DNA of 64,000 nt. Origin: the human T2T-CHM13v2.0 reference genome, Homo sapiens. The notes beneath the pieces are model-generated. The model did not search any database. It had not been told where the DNA came from and was given only the letters and a program-made list of their open reading frames with translations. Shown one piece after another: positions 57,491 through 64,000 of this stretch (the first letter of the stretch is position 1; every line of letters begins with the position of its first letter). The position numbers were made by a program, and so were the translations under genes. The stretch is taken from assembly GCF_009914755.1 (NCBI RefSeq), contig NC_060932.1; one strand, given 5' to 3'.

Positions 57491-60079
57491 TACCAAGTTT
57501 TTTTTAGGTTTTATTGATGTGATTTATTCTAAAACATATCCAAATCCTTAATATTATAATACAGTAAATACACAATTTCATCTCTGGAAAAAGAACAAAA
57601 AGAATGAAACCAACATAATTTGAACACACTTGACCTCAACTGTGGTTGATTAGTATTTTGCTGCACTTTGTATTTTTTAATTGAACAATGTTCATCTTAT
57701 AGGAGCTCAAAATTTAGATATTTTTATCATTTTTTGTATTGTGTACAGTTCCTTGGAAATAGAATAAAATAAAAAGTAGAATGAGTTAAAGTACAGATTT
57801 AAGTACTTTTAGACAATAAGATTGCCATAAAAATCTATAGATTTTTGTAGTGTTTACTTTTACAACCAAAATAATTTAAACTTTTCTTTCATTTCTCACA
57901 ATGATAGTAGTTGTTAAAAATGGAAGCGTTTATGACCTACAAGTCACTCTTTTTTATTGGGTTGATGTTATCTAAACTTGATATGTTCATAGATTTCTAT
58001 AGCATGAAATGTAAAGCAATAGTGTTCCTCACATATCATTGCATTAAAGTGGACATTTTCTAAAAAGAAATACAGTGTCTGGTATAAGGCTAACATATTA
58101 TTAATACCTGTCAAATTTCTTCAGTTCTCAAATTAAAACGTGGACATTTAAAAGTGTACATTTAAAAGCTGTACGTGCATATGAAATGAGGCATTTCTTT
58201 TGGAAGATGATACAATCCTCGCAATATAGTTAAATAATAGAATTTAATATTAACATTTTATTTAAAAAGAAACTACTAAACTATAAAACTATTTGGTTTA
58301 TTATAAAATTAGAAATTAAAAGAAGTATAGAGAAGAAATTCCAACATACCTATGAGATGATTAGTACTGATCTTGAGTAAACTTCCTTCAGTCTTTCATA
58401 TTTTTTTGCAAAATAAAATATATATTGATGTGTGTTCTACTCTTTAAAAATTAATATCAAAACAGGCATTTCATTTTATTAAAATACTATTTATCAATAT
58501 ATTTTTAAATATTTTGGCATTTTGTCTTTAGGATTTTTACATTATATCATATTCTTAAAATGTGTTGTCAATTTTCTTGTAAAAATGTTGGTATCTTGTC
58601 AAAATTCTGGACTTATAAAATGACTTTAGAAGCTTTCTAGAGATTTATTTTTTAAAATTATCTATAAATCATTGAAATTAGATTTATAATTTGAAAAGGT
58701 CTCAAGCAGAATCCTGCCATTTTTAAGATAATACATTATTGACCTACTCAGTTTTCTTCACATTACTGAGCTAAAAAATTTTATACTTCTATTGTGAAAT
58801 CTCATAAATTACACTTTTTCAGAAATGTACTCTAGTTGATATTTTGAACGATGTTAATATATATTATTCTCCCATAATTAAAGACAATATGCCTTTCCAT
58901 TATCATATCAACTTTCCAGTTTATCACTTTTGAGAATGAGGAAATATACCATTTTCTATTTTTCTCTCATTTTCAGAACAACTTGGCAGCATTTGTAGTA
59001 TTGAACTTTCTAAAATCAGGTTTACAAATTATTTATAAATTATATGTTTGCTTTTTTGTACATATATTTACTTCAATATTTATTTTTAATTTTTCCCTTT
59101 TCTATTACTTTCTCTATTTAATTTTTTACTTTCAAACCACTTAAACTGTTAGTTTATTTTCATATATCATTATTCTTTAATTAATTCAAAATGAAATAAA
59201 AACGGAAAATACATTTTTAAAATAAATAACACTACTTTAATTTTTATCTAAAAACTTTAATGCTTTATTATTGAAGTAAGCTATTTAGCCTATTTATTTA
59301 TGAGCAAAACTGTGCCTTTTGTCTCAAAGTTTTCACATACATTTTTTCTTATCACTGTAATTTTACTTTCCTTTTTTGCATCAATAAATATTCAGATGTG
59401 AAAGAGTATTTTAGAGGGTGTCTATACTATGTGTTAGGTAGCGTTGGCAAAAGGGGGTTATTTCCAAGTGTTCTGTAAGCATTGTTTAAACTTTGACATA
59501 TATTTTTAATAACATGTTTAAACAATTAAGTTTTAAGTTTCCCTGTCTTATACTTAGCAATGTTTTATTTTTAGCCTCGTGAAATACCAATGTTTTTTAA
59601 AAAAAAAATTAACGAACACTTGGAAAGAAGAAGGTATCATATCATATTTGGGAAGCTCAAAAGCAAATGTGACTTCACTCAACTTTAATTTATTGTTCAA
59701 ATTTTCTATATTCTTTGTAATTTGATGTAACACAAGTATATGAGATATACAGTGTTTCTCATGTTTCTGTGTTTTTCTTCTCTTCTTCTATATTTAAAGG
59801 GATGGGCTGCCCTTCTTTTTAAACAGATTTATGACCTTTAAACTGAAAAATATTCTAAAGAAATAAAATTTATGGCCATATCATGTAGAAACAAGAGCAA
59901 CGTATATTTTCTCTTTCTCAAGTTTCTACTTTTAGGTCAAGTTTTCTATATCTTTACCTCAAAGCTATAATTTCCTCATAATTTTTATCACTTTCTTAAA
60001 ACATTTCTTTCAGGGAGTTTATTGAGTTTGTCTTTTATATGTTACTTTATTTTCTGCACTGTGTGTTCTGCTTATACTA

Positions 60080-60525
60080 TATGTTCTGCTTATGTATCAA
60101 ATAACCACAAAACTGAATGGATTAAAATATCAACTAGCATCACATTTGTTCATGAATCTGCAGTTTGGACAGGTCCAGGTGGGGGTAGCTTGTCTGTTTA
60201 ATCATGGCTGTCTATGGGGTGCTTCAGTGGCCTGGGATAGCTGAAGGGCTAAGAAATGTTTTCTTTTTGTGAAGTCTCTGGGCTGCTCCAAGTGATTTTT
60301 CTACATGGTCCATTCAAAATGGCAGTGTCAGGGCAGTAGAATTTACATGGCAAGTGTTGTAGGAGTCAGGAAATGGAGGGTGCCAATCTCTCAGGATCTG
60401 GACTCAGAGACAGACACAGCATCATTTCCACCATATTGAGTTGGTCAGGCTATCACGTAGCCTGTCTAGATTCAAGAGAAGAGAAAATAAATTCCACTTA
60501 TGGATAGAGGGAGTAAAAAGGCATC
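60080..60525 (-). mobile_element. Old MLT1-type LTR
   Basis: aaataaccacaaaactgaatggattaaaa, tcatgaatctgcagtttggacagg, cacagcatcatttccaccatatt, ctagattcaagagaag. Confidence 0.65.
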
Positions 60526-61152
60526 TATTTTAGATGCATCATCACTATTAATATTTAGAAAGCCAATTTTTCATGTCTAAATAGTTCTTCCCTAGCTTGG
60601 ATTATTCCCTTGCTTGATGGCTTCTCTAAGAATTTTTGTCAAATTGTTGCTTCCATCACTGTTGGCTGGAGAACGCTTTCACAGCATTGTAGTATCTTTG
60701 AATTACAAAAGCCTCCATGTCTAAGAACATGTTGAATGTGAGATTCTTGTTGCGACAGAAGTGGGAATTAGAGGCTGAAGCCAAGGAAAAAAGTCCACAT
60801 ATATTATATAAGTGGTAAAAAGACATTTGGAGCTAACCTCCTTTCTCAGGACTTAAGAATTGGTTGAACAAGCTATGCTATCCCCAACTGTAATCCAACA
60901 CAACACAGATTTTTGTCTATAAACATAAAGGCCCAGGGAAGAAAATAAAAGGTTAAAATTAGGAGTTCTTGGTAGGAGGAAAATAGGAGAGGAAGGGGAC
61001 TTCCTACCATTACAGGCCAAGCAAAATGGGGTCCCATGTGAATAAATCATGGAAAACAGGATGCCCCAAAGAAAGGCTGTCATATTTTCAACAACTGGAT
61101 GTTTGGTGATTGTTTAATCTCTGCATTTACTCTAGGAATAACTTTTGAATAG

Positions 61153-61578
61153 TGTATTAGTCCATCCTTGCACTGCTATAAAGAAATACCTGAGACCGGG
61201 TAATTATAGAGAAAAGAGTTTCAACTGGCCCACAGTTCTGCAGGCTGTATAGGAAGCATAGTGGCTTCTCTTTCTGGGAAGGCCTCAGAGAACTTAACAA
61301 TCATGGCAGAAGGCGAAGGAGAAGCAAGCACGTTTTACATGGCCAGAGCAAGGAGCAAGAAAGAGAGGTGGGAGGTGCACACTAAACACTTTTTAACAAC
61401 CAGATCTCACAATAACTCACTAACTCACTATCATGAGAACAGCACTGAGGGGATGGTGCTAAGCCATTCATGAACACCACCCTCATGATACAATCACCTC
61501 CTACCAGGCTCCACCACCAACACTGGGGATTACAATTCAACATGAGATTTGGTAGGGACACAGAACCAAACCATATCA
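61153..61578 (-). mobile_element. MST (MSTA-like) solo LTR
   Basis: tgtattagtccat..ttgcactgctataaagaaatacctgagac ... ccaaaccatatca; perfect 5-bp TSD aatag. Confidence 0.92.
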
Positions 61579-62477
61579 AATAGAGAAGAGTGCTGTAAGG
61601 AGAAAAAAAAACTGTTTTATGTTGGTGCATCATCAAATTCATACAGTTTAATTAACTGCATATATTTGCCAATATTGATTTGAAATTTATAAAATACTTG
61701 AGTTGGCTTTTGTTGATAATAAGTATGGATCTCCATTCAAAATTTTCACAAAGAAATGTTTATGATTAGGTGTCCTCAGATGAAAGAGAGACTCCTAGCC
61801 GGGTACCATTTGATGATTCAGCCACCCAGGAATATTGTGGGAGGGAATTAATTTTGGTAATGACTGTTTTTATAATTTTCTTGTTTCTTGATGGTGATAG
61901 AGATCCAAATAATGTTTAATGAGTGCTATGCAGGTAAAGCCTTTCTGACTTAATGGGTATCATTTGAAGGAGCCTACTTAGGGTTTTACTCTTAATACTG
62001 ACTAAAAATACTATGTACTTGAAAGAAAGTGGAGGAAGTGGGATTGTGTAAAATGTTGCTAATGAGTGTTGTAGTGATTTATCTTTTTTATTTGATTTGA
62101 TTCAAAATGGTGTCTTTGACATTGAATCTAGCAGAAATTCCACCAGTTTTCTGGTATATGGGTGATACTTTTCTTTAGCTATCTTTTCTGGCATGAACAT
62201 TTTCCTCTCACATTTTCATAGTTTGTAGACAATTTTAATGGGAATTTTGGAAGCAGGATTAAGGACCTTATTGTAAGCCCATGAATCTAATCTTATGCTT
62301 TTGATTTATATTTGAGCCATATCCATTTATATTTTGGGAACAATAAATGAAAAATGAAAAATACTTGAAATCATAGTGTTTTGTTAGCCAGAAAGACACA
62401 TTATGTCTTAGCTGAACCTGAGAAAAATATCTTTCTAAGCTACTTATTCTTTATGGTATAAGTTGCTTCGGTATACA

Positions 62478-62588
62478 TTTTTTTTTCATGTTCGGTAATG
62501 TGCTGATGTTATAAAAAGGTTTGAGGAAGGTACATTTCACACAGGAGTGTGAAAACCCAATCATCATGCTTATGAACTGCAAGAGGAT
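62478..62588 (-). pseudogene. U13 snoRNA (SNORD13) retrocopy with poly(A) and TSD
   Basis: Minus strand atcctcttgcagttcataagcatgatgattgggttttcac...cagcacattacc matches U13 as recalled (AUCCUUUUGUAGUUCAUGAGCGUGAUGAUUGGGUG...GCACAUUACCC); A9 tail; TSD ttc..tatacatttt. Confidence 0.88.
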
Positions 62589-62611
62589 TCCTTATACATT
62601 TTCAACTAAAT

Positions 62612-62650
62612 ATAGATGATTGATAGATGGATAGATAGATAGATAGATAG
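62612..62650. repeat. (GATA)n microsatellite, degenerate at left
   Basis: gatagatggatagatagatagatagatag seen directly. Confidence 0.9.
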
Positions 62651-63774
62651 AGACAAAATTGCAGTTATTTTATTTATATGGCATAGGATTTAAGATAAAA
62701 TGGAAAACACCATATGAACAAAAGGAAGAAATTATCTGAAATTATAACTAACGGAAAAATGAAACAAAGATTTTTGAGAACATGGGATAAATTTTCTGGG
62801 GTATAGCTAAGTTCACATACTTTACAATATAGAGGGCACCCCTATAGTAACTTCTTTTTAACTATAGAAGATTTTAGAATCCTATTAACCATTTCTTTCA
62901 GCCATCTTCCATTCCTTATCATCCCCCTGACTCTCTCCTCAATAGCTTTAAGAGAGAAAGATAGTGGTAAAGGATGAGATATAGTATTGGGGAAGATTGA
63001 AACTCAAAGCTCTGTTCAGACAGAATAGAAACCAGAGAAAAATGATGTTATCTTCTGAGTCCTGGTTTTGGTTGCCTCCAATCGTTTTTCCTTTGTCTAA
63101 TATGTCTCACTTTTGTACTTAAAAAAAGAACTATTAATCGAATCACATTACACCTCAACATTATTTTGTCCCTTTTGGCCATCTTTAAATAATTATACAA
63201 ATTGTATGTGATATTTACCCAGTCAAGAAATCTCACAGAGGTTCTCAAACATTTGTCTAATTTTTTCTCATTGAAATGTATTACATTCTAACTTGGAAAA
63301 TGATTATTCAAGTGATACTTTTTAAAAACAGGATTATTTCAAAATATAATATTTACTTAGGGTCTACTTTTATGGTGATTCTATTTCCTTGTTATTTAAT
63401 GAATTGGTTAAAATACTTCAGGAATTATCTTTTCGTATGATACCACTGTTTTAAATTTCATCTTCTGGAGATGAAATATTTAAAAGTTTAACATTACCAA
63501 AGTAAACTAATCTTTGCAATGACTTTTTTCGTGACATTTAACAAAGTGTAGACTACAAGCCACAATGTATCTGATTTGTAAGTGGCCATGACAATAGTGG
63601 TTACTTACTTCCTTCAGGCACTATTTCTGTTTTTGCTTGCTCCAAAAGGAGGTATTTTCTTTGGCTCTTCTCTGTACAATGCCACAGATCTATTGGCTAA
63701 GGAGAACCATGTGTTAAGTATTTTTGAATTTTACAAATGAGTTTTTGTCATTGACTATGGGGAAAAACAACTAC

Positions 63775-63856
63775 TTCTTTCTCTTCTTGCCGTCTTCTCT
63801 TCCTGCTCCTCCTCCTTTCTCCTCTTTCCTCCTCCTCTTCCCCTTCCTTCTTCTTT
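63775..63856. repeat. Pyrimidine-rich (TCC/TTC)n low-complexity tract
   Basis: ctcctcctcctttctcctctttcctcctcctcttccccttccttcttc seen directly. Confidence 0.85.
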
Positions 63857-64000
63857 TGTTTGTGTTGTTATTAGTTTGTTTCTTACTGTGGGGATCAATG
63901 AACTCTGGGGATCAGCTTACTGAATTGAATAGCTCTACTGCAGCATTTAGAGCAAGCTGTGGCGGGGCCTGTAAGAACAGCCAATTACTGATTTGGTACC

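Noticed and set aside
59481-59526. 11-bp inverted repeat attgtttaaac...gtttaaacaat
   Set aside because: Short, AT-rich and partly self-palindromic; consistent with chance.
63960-63990. GC-box (ggcggggc) and CCAAT near the window end
   Set aside because: Isolated short motifs with no CpG island; context is cut off by the window edge.

Overview
AT-rich, repeat-dense primate genomic DNA. AluY, AluS, AluJ, L1PA, THE1/MST and MER52 elements point to a catarrhine, probably human or ape, and the window looks intergenic or deep intronic. I cannot support any protein-coding gene: the supplied ORFs are L1 ORF1/ORF2 fragments, Alu/LTR read-throughs or chance ORFs. Contents: 11 Alus, several L1 and L2 fragments, MaLR/ERV1 solo LTRs, hAT and mariner MITEs, and a U13 snoRNA retrocopy. 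Three structures are least explained by standard annotation. (1) A TSD-flanked chimeric retroposon (41696-46162): a 5'-complete L1PA that stops inside the RT domain, fused to a 164-nt non-L1 tail with its own AATAAA and poly(A), nested in an older L1. (2) An apparently 100%-identical 249-bp local copy (27177-27425 to 27974-28222) inserted into a TA microsatellite. (3) An ungapped inverted repeat with ~220-bp arms (7966-8503 / 9419-9636), ~87% identical, with an AluY later inserted in one arm. Subfamily names are by-eye recognitions, and boundaries of old repeats are approximate.
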